Source: Phycisphaeraceae bacterium (lineage in GTDB: Bacteria; Planctomycetota; Phycisphaerae; Phycisphaerales; UBA1924). Taken from it: a stretch of 64,000 nt of DNA. Location: assembly GCA_019636615.1 (NCBI GenBank), contig JAHBXF010000002.1, positions 1-64,000 on the forward strand. The letters are read 5' to 3'. Below, one piece after another: positions 21,406 to 31,700 of the stretch (its first letter is position 1; the number at the start of each line of letters is the position of its first letter). The position numbers and the translations under genes are program-made. The notes beneath the pieces were generated by a model. It ran no database searches, was not told the DNA's origin, and saw only the letters and a program-made list of their open reading frames with translations.

Positions 21406-21487
21406 TACTTCTTCCGTCGCAGGCCCCGCAAGGGGCCGCCGCGTTGAGGCCCATCCGTGGCCCCGTGCCTGCCGGCGGGTTCTGTCC

Positions 21488-21901
21488 ATGAGCACACCGC
21501 CAAAGTTCGGAGGGGTCTTCGCCGCCGGGGGCGTGGTTGTTGACTCGCAGGGACGCATCGCCGTCATCCATCGTCCTCGCTACGGCGATTGGTGCCTTCC
21601 CAAGGGGCACCTGGATCAGGGCGAATCTGAGATGGCCGCGGCGGTGCGCGAAGTGTGGGAAGAAACCGGCTGCCTGGCCTCGCCGGAGCGATTCCTGGGC
21701 ACCGTTCACTACATGGGACCGCGGGGCCCCAAGTTTGTCTTTTTCTGGTCGATGCGGCTCGAGACGGCCGGCCCGATCATCGCGGGGGACGAAGTTGATG
21801 AGGTGCAGTGGCTGGCACCGGGCGAGGCGCTGGCCCGCCTGACGCACGAGGGGGAGCGAGCGATGGTGCGGCAGAGCGCAGGCCTGAACCGCACGAGTTG
21901 A
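21488..21901 (+). CDS. NUDIX hydrolase
   Basis: NUDIX box [22 protein letters not shown]. Start at the internal Met (MSTPPKF) at 21488. Confidence 0.7.
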   Translation: MSTPPKFGGVFAAGGVVVDSQGRIAVIHRPRYGDWCLPKGHLDQGESEMAAAVREVWEETGCLASPERFLGTVHYMGPRGPKFVFFWSMRLETAGPIIAGDEVDEVQWLAPGEALARLTHEGERAMVRQSAGLNRTS

Positions 21902-22222
21902 TTACCGCGCGGCCATGTCTGCCAGGTGCTGAATCTCAAGTTCGCGTCCATCGGCAAACTTCGCGGTCAGGTGGAGCTCGCCCCCGAGCGCCTCGACGTA
22001 TTTGCGGAGTGTCGTCAGGTACATGTCGGCGGCGTTTTCAAACTTGGACACGCTTCCCTGGGCGACGTCCAGCTTGCCGGCCAGATCGGCCTGAGTCATG
22101 CCGATCGCTTTGCGGATCTCCGCCAGCGGCATCGCCTGGAGCGTTGCCTTGACGCGCGAATCAACGCGTGTCTGCGCCTGGGGGCTCATCTTTCGCTTCA
22201 GGTTGTTCCACTTGTTCGCCAT
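21902..22222 (-). CDS. higA: XRE-family HTH antitoxin (HigA-like)
   Basis: Helix-turn-helix segment LAEIRKAIGMTQADLAGKLDVAQGSVSKFE. Located immediately downstream of the RelE/ParE-family toxin remnant. Confidence 0.7.
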   Translation of the reverse strand: MANKWNNLKRKMSPQAQTRVDSRVKATLQAMPLAEIRKAIGMTQADLAGKLDVAQGSVSKFENAADMYLTTLRKYVEALGGELHLTAKFADGRELEIQHLADMAAR

Positions 22223-22237
22223 CGCTGTGCTCCCGGT

Positions 22238-22594
22238 TCAGATCAGTCCTTCGCGCTTCAGTTCTGCGAGGTGTTCGTCGTAGAGTCTGTCGGCTTGGGG
22301 TATGAACGTGTCGTAAAACCGCTTGTCTCCGGTCTTGTTGCCGCCGATGAGCAGGATCGCGCACCGGCGTGGATCAAAGGCAAAGAACGTGCGTTACGGC
22401 TCACCCTCGTGCTGGGTCCGGAGTTCCTTCATGTTGGCGTGCCGCGAGCCTTTCAGCGTGTCAACGTGCGGCCGCCCAAGCCCGGGCCCGACCGCTTCGA
22501 GAATACCGATATCGTGGGCGATCGACTCCTGGACATCCTCGGGGAGGGTTTGCCACCACGCTTCGAACTCGTCCGTATACTCGACTTCCCACAT
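22238..22594 (-). pseudogene. higB: RelE/ParE-family (HigB/Gp49-like) toxin gene interrupted by an in-frame TAA stop (complement of 22394-22396) at the conserved Tyr position
   Basis: The upstream part (MWEVEYTDEFEAWWQTLPEDVQESI...ELRTQHEGEP*) and the same-frame continuation (RTFFAFDPRRCAILLIGGNKTGDKRFYDTFIPQADRLYDEHLAELKREGLI*) together form a full-length RelE-family toxin. They are separated only by TAA where family members have TAY (Tyr). Confidence 0.7.
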
Positions 22595-22851
22595 CACAGT
22601 ATTCCATATCGGCTATATTCGTCAAGGCGCATGTCTGGGTTTGGCCGATTCGCGAATCCGCAGCAAGTTTCGAGGGCTGGGACCGATTATCGGCCGTACG
22701 AAGGGCGTCTGCAACATCCGGGGCCTCCGATCTGAAGACCCATGCAGTTGGCGTCTTGTTCCGTCAACGGGCAGCAGACTGAAGGCCCGACTTCTCCGTT
22801 GATTTGATTCGCCGGTTTGTATCCGTCCCGATCGGGTCGTCGCGGCACGCA

Positions 22852-23970
22852 TCATGACATGGAAATCACGAGCGCGATCAATGCGATCGCGGTCAGTGCG
22901 ACCAAGACTAGCCCAGTGATCTTGCGCCACGAGTATGGCCGCTGACCGCAGACGGAGCCGTTGCGGCCGTTCACAAGAAAGCGGTAGGTCTTGCCGTGGT
23001 ATCGGTACGCGCTGACCCACACCGGCAGCAGGATGTGCTTGAAAGTGACGTCGGAATAGACAGGGTTCATCGAGGCGATGCGTTGATGATCGCCCCCGAT
23101 CTGCGCCTGGATGGAAGCGCGGATGGCCGACTGAGAGGCCTGCTTGGCGGCGACAAAGCCGGCGGGGAGATCGACGCTGTAACTCTCGGCGTGGAACCCG
23201 CTGAGGAACTCGTCGCGGTACGGGGCGAGGTTGGCCAGGTCCCAGCGCCCGATGCTCTCGAGGTGCTCTGCGGGCAGAGTGGTGCTGGCGCGGACGAGGA
23301 TGTCATCGAACGAGTTGTGCACAACGCCCGACACCCAGCGCCAGCGGGTTCGGCGCTGCCGCTGCATGCGCGTGACCCGTTTGCCGTTGACGGTGGTGAC
23401 CACGGGCACTGTCACGTAGTAATCATCGCCACGCTGGCCGGTGTACGAGGTGGTGGCCTCGCAGTCGAAGGTCCAGTAGGGCACATAGACCCCGGTGATG
23501 CCGGACCCGTGCCGCAGGGCTTCATCCCCTTCCACCATGGCGTGGCGTGCCAGGTCTGAAGGGGCGAGCCATCGCCCGGCGAGCCAGCGTGCGAAGAGGT
23601 CGCGGGCCTTGTCGCGGTCGATGTGGAAGGGAAGAAGCCCGCGCGGGCGTATCAGCCGCTGCGAGCGGCCCGTGGCCACGATGTTGCTGCCGCAGAAGCA
23701 GCAGGCCTTGCTGGTGACGCGGTCGGGCATCTTCACGTCGGCGCCGCACGAATCGCAGTGCACCACGATGCGGTCGTCCTGCTCGCCCTTCTCGGCCAGT
23801 TCTTCGAGCGTGCGCAGGAAGTCCAGTTCTTCCAGGTGGCTCCTGTCGTCATCAACCGGCGCGGGGATGTCGTTGGCGCCGCCGCAATGCCTGCACGTCA
23901 GGCTGGTGGTGCCCGGTGCGAACTCCAGTTCCGCGCCGCAGGATGTGCATGGAAATGTGGCGACTGGCAT
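22852..23970 (-). CDS. Zinc-ribbon-containing membrane-anchored protein (two CxxC...CxxC ribbons N-terminal, C-terminal TM helix), possibly YdjG/YdjH-like
   Basis: CTSCGAELEF...CRHCGG and CDSCGADV...CCFCGS ribbons. C-terminal hydrophobic helix LVLVALTAIALIALVI. Same strand as, and 119 nt downstream of, the SPFH gene. Confidence 0.6.
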   Translation of the reverse strand: MPVATFPCTSCGAELEFAPGTTSLTCRHCGGANDIPAPVDDDRSHLEELDFLRTLEELAEKGEQDDRIVVHCDSCGADVKMPDRVTSKACCFCGSNIVATGRSQRLIRPRGLLPFHIDRDKARDLFARWLAGRWLAPSDLARHAMVEGDEALRHGSGITGVYVPYWTFDCEATTSYTGQRGDDYYVTVPVVTTVNGKRVTRMQRQRRTRWRWVSGVVHNSFDDILVRASTTLPAEHLESIGRWDLANLAPYRDEFLSGFHAESYSVDLPAGFVAAKQASQSAIRASIQAQIGGDHQRIASMNPVYSDVTFKHILLPVWVSAYRYHGKTYRFLVNGRNGSVCGQRPYSWRKITGLVLVALTAIALIALVISMS

Positions 23971-24088
23971 GGTCGAAGCGCGTCAGCGTGGCCAATGGCT
24001 GGTGGGGCTGGTGGGGCCTGCGTTTGATGTGAGGCGAGCCTGCCAGCCTCTTTGTGCGGATGTGCCCGCGGATCGGTGTGCGGGCTCG

Positions 24089-25201
24089 TTACTGCGGTGG
24101 CAGCGGCGGGGGGACGGCCGCGAAGGCCGCGGCACACTCGGGCACCGATCCGGCCGGCGACCAGGCGGGCATTCCCTGTTTCCACACGAGCGACTCTCGC
24201 GTGAGTTCGGCGCGCTGGGCCATGGCCGCCAGCGTCGTGAGGTCGAAGGGCCCGACCTGCTGGCCGTTGAGGGCGACGAAAAAGGCCGCCGTCTGCGGGA
24301 TCGGGGGCGGGGTGGCGGCCTGCTGCATGGCGGCCTGGTTCTGGGCCCCGATCTGCTGGGCCATGTTGAAGCCCATGCCCGCCCCGAGCCCCGCGCCGAG
24401 GCCCAACCCCGCGCCGCCGCTGGGGTTCTGCGCGGCGTCGCGCAGCGCCTGGGCGCTCTGGAACTGCGTGTAGCGGTTGAGGTCGCCGATCACGCCCATC
24501 TTGGTGCGGGTGTCGAGGGCCTGCTCCACCTCAGGCGGCAGCGAGATGTTCTCGACGAGCAGCGTTGTCAGGTCGACGCCGTAGGCGTTGATCTCCGGGC
24601 GGATGTACTGCACGATGACGCCGCCGAGTTGCATGTAGTTGGCCGCGAGGTCAAGCGCGGGGATCTGCGACTCTCCGAGCGACTGCGCGAAACGGCTGAC
24701 GATGAAGTTGCGGAGTTGGTCGGTGAGCCCTTCGACCGAGAGGCGGTGGGAGGTGCCGACGATTTCTTTGATGAGCAGGCCGGGATCGATCACACGGATG
24801 GCGTAGGTGCCGAAAGCGCGCAGCCGCACGGGGCCGAACTCGGGGTCGCGCAGCATGATGGGGTTCATGGTGCCCCACTTGAGGTCGGTGAACTGGCGGG
24901 TGTTGACGAAGTACACCTCGGCCTTGAAGGGGCTGTTGAAGCCGTGTTTCCAGCCGCGCAGCGTGGAGAGGATGGGCAGGTTGGCCGTGTCGAGGGTGTA
25001 GGTGCCAGGGGTGAAGACATCGGCGGTCTGGCCCTCGTTCACGAAGACGGCGGCCTGCCCCTCGCGCACGACAAGCCTGGCGCCGTTCTTGATCTCGTTC
25101 TGGTGCCGCACGAAGCGGTAGACCAGCGTGGAGCGAGAATCTTCGAGCCATTCGACGATGTCGATCAACTCGCCCTTGAGTTTCTTGATGAAGTTTTCCA
25201 C
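24089..25201 (-). CDS. SPFH-domain protein of the COG4260 'virion core protein-like' family (B. subtilis YdjI-like) with a C-terminal DUF4339-like Gly/Gln-rich tail
   Basis: GTG start with AGGAGG 9 nt upstream (VENFIKKLKGELIDIVEW). SPFH core, then GAGLGLGAGLGAGMG low-complexity region and a C-terminal GQQVGPFDL...LVWKQGMPAW motif. Confidence 0.7.
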   Translation of the reverse strand: MENFIKKLKGELIDIVEWLEDSRSTLVYRFVRHQNEIKNGARLVVREGQAAVFVNEGQTADVFTPGTYTLDTANLPILSTLRGWKHGFNSPFKAEVYFVNTRQFTDLKWGTMNPIMLRDPEFGPVRLRAFGTYAIRVIDPGLLIKEIVGTSHRLSVEGLTDQLRNFIVSRFAQSLGESQIPALDLAANYMQLGGVIVQYIRPEINAYGVDLTTLLVENISLPPEVEQALDTRTKMGVIGDLNRYTQFQSAQALRDAAQNPSGGAGLGLGAGLGAGMGFNMAQQIGAQNQAAMQQAATPPPIPQTAAFFVALNGQQVGPFDLTTLAAMAQRAELTRESLVWKQGMPAWSPAGSVPECAAAFAAVPPPLPPQ

Positions 25202-25385
25202 TGGTCTCAACCTCCTGGCGGTGGGCACGCGGTGGGTGCGTGCGGGGGCGCGAGCGGACGGACATGGCACGGGCGGGCCGGGACAGAGCATCGGCCGCCG
25301 CGCTGATTCTGTCGGTGAACGCCCCGGGGAGTTTCACGCCCCGAAGGCGGTGGAGAAACATTATGTCGAGAAGACGTGCCGGGGG

Positions 25386-27089
25386 TCAGGCCTGGGTGCC
25401 GCCGTCGTCCACGTCGTCGAAATAATCGTCGGGATCGCCGCTGAAGGCGTCGATGTCGGTGGGGCTGGAGTGCGCGTCGTCGAGCATCTCTTCGCCCATG
25501 TCCTCGACCGCGACGGGCTTGCTGGCGGGGGTCTGCAGGCGTTTATCGACGCCCTTTCGTCCACGGGAGATTCTCGCCGGTCCTTCGCCCTCGAAGAGGT
25601 CGTCTTCGCGCTGGCGGCGGGCCCGCACGACGATGCGGATGGGGACCTCGGCGAAGGGCAGTTCGGCCCGGAAGCGGTTCATGAGGAACCGCAGGTAGTT
25701 GGGGCGGAAGAGTTCCGGGTGGTTCACCACGAGCGTGATGGTCGGCGGCTCGATGCCGGTCTGCGCGGCGTAGTAGATTTTGGCGAAGGTGCCCTTTTCG
25801 TCGGTGGGGGCCCGTGTCTCCATGATGGCCTTGAGGAGACGGTTGAGTTTGCCCGTGGTCACGCGGGAGGCGGCCTGCACGCGGAGTTCCATGGCCAGGT
25901 CGATGGTCTGTCGCACGTTGCGGCCCTCGAGGCCGGACATGAAGGCGATGGGCGCGTGCGAGAGCCCGCGCAGTTCCTCGCGGATGTACGTTTCGTATCG
26001 GCGGGTGGTGACGGGGCGGCCCTGGTCGTCCATCTGGCCCTCGGCCAGGTCCCACTTGTTCACGACGATCACGCAGGGCTTGTAGGCCTTGGTCACCAGC
26101 ATGCCCAGTTGTTCGTCGACCTGGCTGATGCTCTCGGTGGCGTCGAGCATGAGCAGGCACACGTCGGCGCGGTCGACGGCGCGCTGCACGCGGTCGAAGG
26201 CGAAGTGGTCGATCATGTTCTGGAAACTGCGCTTGCGGCGCAGCCCCGCCGTGTCGATGGCCACGATGCTGCGGCCGTCGATCTCGAAGCGCACGTCCAC
26301 CGCGTCGCGCGTGGTGCCGGGGATCTCGGAGACGATCACCCGTGGCACGCCGGCCAGCGTGTTGACCAGCGTGCTCTTGCCGGCGTTGCGCTTGCCGATG
26401 ATGGCCAGCGAGAGGTCAGGGCGGGCTTCTTCGATGGCGTGCTCGCTCACCGGGGGCAGCATCGCGTACACGGCTTCGAGGAAGTCCCGGCGGAAGTAGT
26501 TGCTCTTGGCCGAAACCGCCAGCGGCTCGCCGAAGCCCAGCGCCGCGATCTCGTGAACGTGCGACTCCCAGCGCGGGCCGTCCACCTTGGTGGCGACGAC
26601 GTGAATCTGGGGTGTTGTCGCGGTCTTGCCCGTGCCGTCGCCCTCTTCGGCGGCTTTCTTGCCCTTGCCGGGTTTCTTGCCGCTCCGGGGCCCCAGGCGG
26701 TGCTCGCGGAGGAGGCGGGCGATCTCGCGATCGTGCGCGGTCACGCCGGCCTGCGCATCCACGGCGAAGAGAATGACATCGGCCCCTTCCACCGCCTGCT
26801 GGATCTGGAACTCGATGCTCTCGGTGAGTTGCGCCAGGTCGTTGCCGATCTCGTCGAAGCGTTCGCCCTCGGCCACGTAGACCCCGAAACCGCCGGTATC
26901 GACGAACTCGACGGGTTTGGGGGGCTCACCCTGTGTGGGCGGGTCGAGATCAACGATGGCGCTCACGCGGTCGCGTGTCACGCCTGGCGTGGGATCGACA
27001 ATGGAAACCTTCGACTTCGCGATCATGTTCATCAGCGAAGACTTGCCCACGTTGGGGCGTCCGACGATTGCTACCCGGGGAATCGGCAT
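25386..27089 (-). CDS. der: Ribosome-biogenesis GTPase Der (EngA), tandem GTPase domains, with an acidic C-terminal extension
   Basis: Two G1 boxes (GRPNVGKSS, GKRNAGKST), DTGG/DTAG G3 boxes and NKWD/TKVD G4 boxes. Start at MPIPRVAIVG (ATG 27087-27089). The last ~70 aa are Asp/Glu-rich. Confidence 0.8.
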   Translation of the reverse strand: MPIPRVAIVGRPNVGKSSLMNMIAKSKVSIVDPTPGVTRDRVSAIVDLDPPTQGEPPKPVEFVDTGGFGVYVAEGERFDEIGNDLAQLTESIEFQIQQAVEGADVILFAVDAQAGVTAHDREIARLLREHRLGPRSGKKPGKGKKAAEEGDGTGKTATTPQIHVVATKVDGPRWESHVHEIAALGFGEPLAVSAKSNYFRRDFLEAVYAMLPPVSEHAIEEARPDLSLAIIGKRNAGKSTLVNTLAGVPRVIVSEIPGTTRDAVDVRFEIDGRSIVAIDTAGLRRKRSFQNMIDHFAFDRVQRAVDRADVCLLMLDATESISQVDEQLGMLVTKAYKPCVIVVNKWDLAEGQMDDQGRPVTTRRYETYIREELRGLSHAPIAFMSGLEGRNVRQTIDLAMELRVQAASRVTTGKLNRLLKAIMETRAPTDEKGTFAKIYYAAQTGIEPPTITLVVNHPELFRPNYLRFLMNRFRAELPFAEVPIRIVVRARRQREDDLFEGEGPARISRGRKGVDKRLQTPASKPVAVEDMGEEMLDDAHSSPTDIDAFSGDPDDYFDDVDDGGTQA

Positions 27090-27326
27090 AATAGTTTGTG
27101 AAGGGTAGGGGGCTCGGAGCGTGCGCCACGCGTGTGTTCGAGTTCGGTCGGGCTGTCTCTTCGGGCGGGCCGGGTTGGCATGTTCGCACGGTGTCTGTTC
27201 GCCAGCGCGGGCGCGCCGTGTCGCGAGCAGAGCCCGCACGGAGGGAGGTACACTGCTTCCATGACAGGTGATCAGGGCGCGGGGCCCTGCCTCGCGGGGC
27301 GTAGACAAAGGTCGGGAAAGGGAACC

Positions 27327-28568
27327 ATGGCTTCGACAGTGCAGAGCGTTTCTTCACAGGTTCAGCAGAGTCTGGCTGGGGTGACCTCGCGCGACGGCAA
27401 GACATGGTGGTGCCACACCCGGGCCCAGCCTCTGGCCGCGGGCGGGGCGCCGATCGATGAATCGGGCATTCTCGCCAAGGTGCGTCGCTGCGTCGCCACG
27501 CCGACGATCTCGAAGGCGATGTATCAGACCAAGCCGGCGTCGCTCGTGGTGGGGCACGCCTTCCGCGGCAGCGCGGCCATGCCGGCCCTGTGCCCAACCC
27601 CTGACCTGAACATCACGGCGAAGATGCACGTGATTTTCACTCAGGGGTTCAAGGGAAAAATCGAGGCGCACGCCTCCATGGCGGGCATCGTGCAGGGCGT
27701 GATCAGGCGGGCGGTGGAATGCGCCGAGCGGCACGGCCTGGGGTTTGTGCAACTGGCTACGCCGCTGAACAACTCGCTGGCGCAGTTCATGAACATCCCC
27801 GCGACCAACCGTCACACGTGGAGCCTGGACGAGATCGACAAAGGGGTGAAACAGACCGACAAGGGCGAGGTCGGGCTGATCCAGGCGTTGTCGCTGGCGT
27901 CGGTTTCCACCATGATTTTTCTCACTGATGAGCCGGTGCCCCGGGTGTGCGAGGTGCATCTTGATGCATCCTTCGAAGCGCCCGGCGGCCTGCACGAGTT
28001 CAACGCGGGCCCCACACTGATGTGGTTTGGTCACCTGACCGATGCGAAACACGACGGCGAACGCTTCGCGCAGGCCGAGTTCATCATGGGCCGCCGATAC
28101 CCCACCCGTTACAGGCCCGAGACCGCCTTTCTCTCGGCTAACGCCCCGGCGATGGCCATGGCGGCACGCAGCGGCGAATGGACGAAGTTCGCCAAGCGGT
28201 TGGCCGCCAGCGCGGCGTTTGTCGGCGACGCCGCGACGGTCGGCACGCTCGGGAAGTTTCTCTCCGGCCCTGTTGGAAGGGCGCACACCGCAGCGGGAAT
28301 GGCGGGGGTGCTGGGCGTGCTGGGTGAGCAGGGTGTTGTTCGTGCCGCGCAGGGGATGGCCGCCGCCGTCGAGGTGATGACTGAATCCGCGACCGAGGCG
28401 GGCGTGCCGGTGCCCGCCGGGGATCGGCTCGCCGACCAGGCCACCGGGGTGATCAAGGCGTGCGATGTTCATGCCGCCAGAACACTCCTGGACATGAGCG
28501 GCGTGGTGGCCAAGATGACCTCTCCCGCGGTGGTGGACGCGATCAGGGGTGCGATTCCGGCGGCGTGA
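27327..28568 (+). CDS. Hypothetical protein (no recognisable domain)
   Basis: ORF 27132..28568. The more plausible start is MASTVQSV at 27327, preceded by GGGAAAGGGAAC. Ala/Gly-rich, not repetitive. Confidence 0.45.
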   Translation: MASTVQSVSSQVQQSLAGVTSRDGKTWWCHTRAQPLAAGGAPIDESGILAKVRRCVATPTISKAMYQTKPASLVVGHAFRGSAAMPALCPTPDLNITAKMHVIFTQGFKGKIEAHASMAGIVQGVIRRAVECAERHGLGFVQLATPLNNSLAQFMNIPATNRHTWSLDEIDKGVKQTDKGEVGLIQALSLASVSTMIFLTDEPVPRVCEVHLDASFEAPGGLHEFNAGPTLMWFGHLTDAKHDGERFAQAEFIMGRRYPTRYRPETAFLSANAPAMAMAARSGEWTKFAKRLAASAAFVGDAATVGTLGKFLSGPVGRAHTAAGMAGVLGVLGEQGVVRAAQGMAAAVEVMTESATEAGVPVPAGDRLADQATGVIKACDVHAARTLLDMSGVVAKMTSPAVVDAIRGAIPAA

Positions 28569-28720
28569 TGGGGCGCGATGGGCGTGGTGCACGCCCCGCT
28601 GCTCTCCCAGCCGGCAAAAAGGGCGTGCGTTCGAGGGGGTGGGCCGTGGCAGGCCCCCCGAGATTGAGCCATGGTGGGTGAGAAGTCTGCCCTTGGGGTG
28701 GGATCCGTCCGATACAGTCC

Positions 28721-31700
28721 TTGATGCGGACGTACCCCCAACCGTTTATTGAAACGCTCGAGGCCCGCTGTCTGCTCAACGCGGCCTTTGACCTCATCGG
28801 CCTCACGCAACTGCGCAGCGACCCGGTCTTCGCGGGCATCGACGGCAGCGGCATCGGCGTGGCCGTGCTCGACACGGGTGTCGACAGAACCCACACGCTC
28901 TTGTCAGTCGGTTTTCTGGCGGGGCGCAATATACCCGATGGTGGTGACAACCCGATCGACCGTGACGGCCACGGCACGCACGTCGCGGGGATCATCGGTG
29001 CCAGAGACCCTGAGATCGGGGTCGCGACCGATGCCGGGTTGATCGGTGTGAAAGTGCTGCGAGACGACGGGCGCGGCACCTTCACCGACATCCGCAACGG
29101 GCTTCGCTGGGTGTACGACAACCGAACCCAGTTCAACATCAAAGTTGTGAACATGTCGCTGGGCAGCGGGTTCTATACCAGCATCAACCAGGTGAGCGGC
29201 GATATTCTGCTCTCTGAGGTGCGCCGGCTCGAGGCCGCGGGCATCACGGTGGTGTCGGCGGGCGGAAACTCGTTTAAGAACAACGAATACCAGAACTTCG
29301 CCGCGCCGGGCATCTACAGCACGCTCGTGGTCGGCGCGCTGTGGAAAGACGGCACAGCACGCAGCGTTCGCTGGGGAGACGGCGCGGTGGATTTCACCAC
29401 GGGCGCGGGGCGCATCACGAGTTTCAGCCAGCGGCTGGTGGCGCCCAACACCATCTTCGCGCCCGGCGCGTTCATGCGCAGCACGGTGCCGGGCAACCGT
29501 TTCGACAACATGGGCGGCACAAGCCAGGCGGCCCCCGTGGTGGCCGGCGCTGTCGCGCTGATGCAGGAGGCCGCGCAGCAGTTTGGCGGGCGGTTCCTTG
29601 ACCCCAGCGAGGTGCGGACGATCATCACCTCAACGGCGGTGACGATCTTCGACGGCGACGACGAAGACGACAATGTGCAGAACACCAACGTGAACTACCC
29701 GAGGCTGGATGTCTACGCCGCGCTGCGGGAAGTGCGCCGGCTGCTCACCGGCATCGATGATGGCGGTGGCGGTGGCGGTGGCGGGGGTGGTGGCGGTGGC
29801 GGTGGCGGCGGCGGCGGCGGCGGTGGTGGTGGTGGAGATGCGAACCCGGATCCCAACGGCACGATTGCGGGCGCGTTCCTGATGCAACCCGGACTGGATG
29901 GATCGCAGACGCTCACCGCCGCGGGACGCATCGGCGTGGACTTTGGCACGAATGAGGTGGGGCCCGCCGACGTTGACATGTTCCGCTTCTCGCTCTTGTC
30001 GGGGGGAACGGTGACGATCCGTCTCACGCCGGACCTGAGCAACCGTGACGACTTTGACACGGTGCTGCGGCTCTTCAACGAGAGCGGATCGCAGATCGCC
30101 TTCAACGACGACGTGGGCGACGATCGCTATTCGACGATCAGCATCGCGCTCTCGCCGGGCACGTATTTCGCTGGGGTCAGCGGCTTTGGCAACAGCACGT
30201 ACAACCCGGCGGGCGGGGGCAGGCAGAACGGCGAGACAGGCAACTATGTGATCGAGTTCTCGCTGACCAACAGCGACCCCAACGGGCTCTTCAGCGGCGC
30301 GGTTGAAGTAGACTTCGGCACAGACCGCACCCCGACGCGATTCGCCGGTTTCATCGGCGCAGACTACGGCCAGCCTGTCGGCACGTCGGATGTCGACATG
30401 TTCAAGGTCGTCGCGCCCGACACCGGCACACTGGTGGTGAACATCGACACGCCGTTCCTCAACGGCTTCGTCGATTCGTACGTGCGGATCTTTGATGAAG
30501 GGGGCAACGAACTGACCTTCAGCGACGACGACCTCGCCCCCGACGAGTTTGTGGGCCTCGATGGCCGCGTCTTTCGGCTGGGCGCCGGCGCGTTTGTCGG
30601 TCATCAGACCGACAGCTTTGTCGCCCTGAACGTGGAGCGCGGCAAGACCTACTACGTGGCGGTTTCCGACTTCGCCAACCGCACCTACGACCCGACCACG
30701 CTGGAAGGGCGTCTGCCCACCGGCCCGGGCGGGTTCTATGACATTCTGCTCCGGTTTGTGTCGGTCGATTCCGACGGCACCATCACGCAGTCACTTTCTT
30801 CGGCGCCGCTCTTCCTGCCCTTTGGCCCTCTGGTGTCTTCGATCGGCGTTGATCCCAGCCCGGCGGGTGGGTTCCAGCAGGTCGGCGACAAAGACGTGGA
30901 CTTTTACCGGATCCGCGTGCAGCGTTCCAGCCTCGTCGAGATCGAGGTCAACGCATCGAGCGGGTCATTCCCAGACAACCCGTCTCCCTTCGACGCGGTG
31001 CTCTTTCTCTACGACGCGCAGGGCCGACTGCTGGCCACCAACGACGACTTCATCGGGCTCGACCCTGTGCTGCAGTTTGTCGCCGACCGCAACACGGATT
31101 ATTTCGTGGCGGTCGCCGGGTTCGGCAACTCTTCCTTCGACCCGTTCGCCTCGGGCAGCGGCACGCCGGGCGAGACGGGCACCTACCGCATCACGGGCAG
31201 GCTCTTCTCGGCCTCTTCCGTCAAGATGGTGTCGGACGACGCCATCTCGCACGGCCGTATCCAGACCGTCGCCGCGGGAGACACAATCCGCGGCATCCTG
31301 GGCGATGACCTCGGGTATGTCTCGGGGAACGCCGACGTTGACCTCTACCGCTTTGTGGCGCCGGCCAACGGGGTGCTCTCCGCGTTGACCGACGGCTTCG
31401 ACGCGTTCTCGGCCAACACGGTGCTGCGCATCTTCGAGAGTTCGGGCAAAGAACTCGCCTTCAACGACGACCGCGACGAGAACACGCGTGGCAGTTTCGC
31501 CGCGGCGACCGTGCGCGCGGGCAAGACGTACTTCATCGGCGTCAGCGGCTCGAGCGACAAACCCCGTGCGTACAACCCCAGGAAGATCGGCACCGCCGTC
31601 CCCGGCAGCACCGGCGGGTACCAGTTGGAAGTTGCCTTCAACGCCGCGCCGACGCTCACCGCGGTGGCTCCGATCGCAGGGGCCGACGCCGGTGTGCCCT

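Noticed and set aside
29713-30105. Minus-strand ORF encoding a poly-Pro run
   Set aside because: It is the reverse-complement reading of the (GGY)25 Gly tract inside the subtilase gene, so it is not an independent gene.
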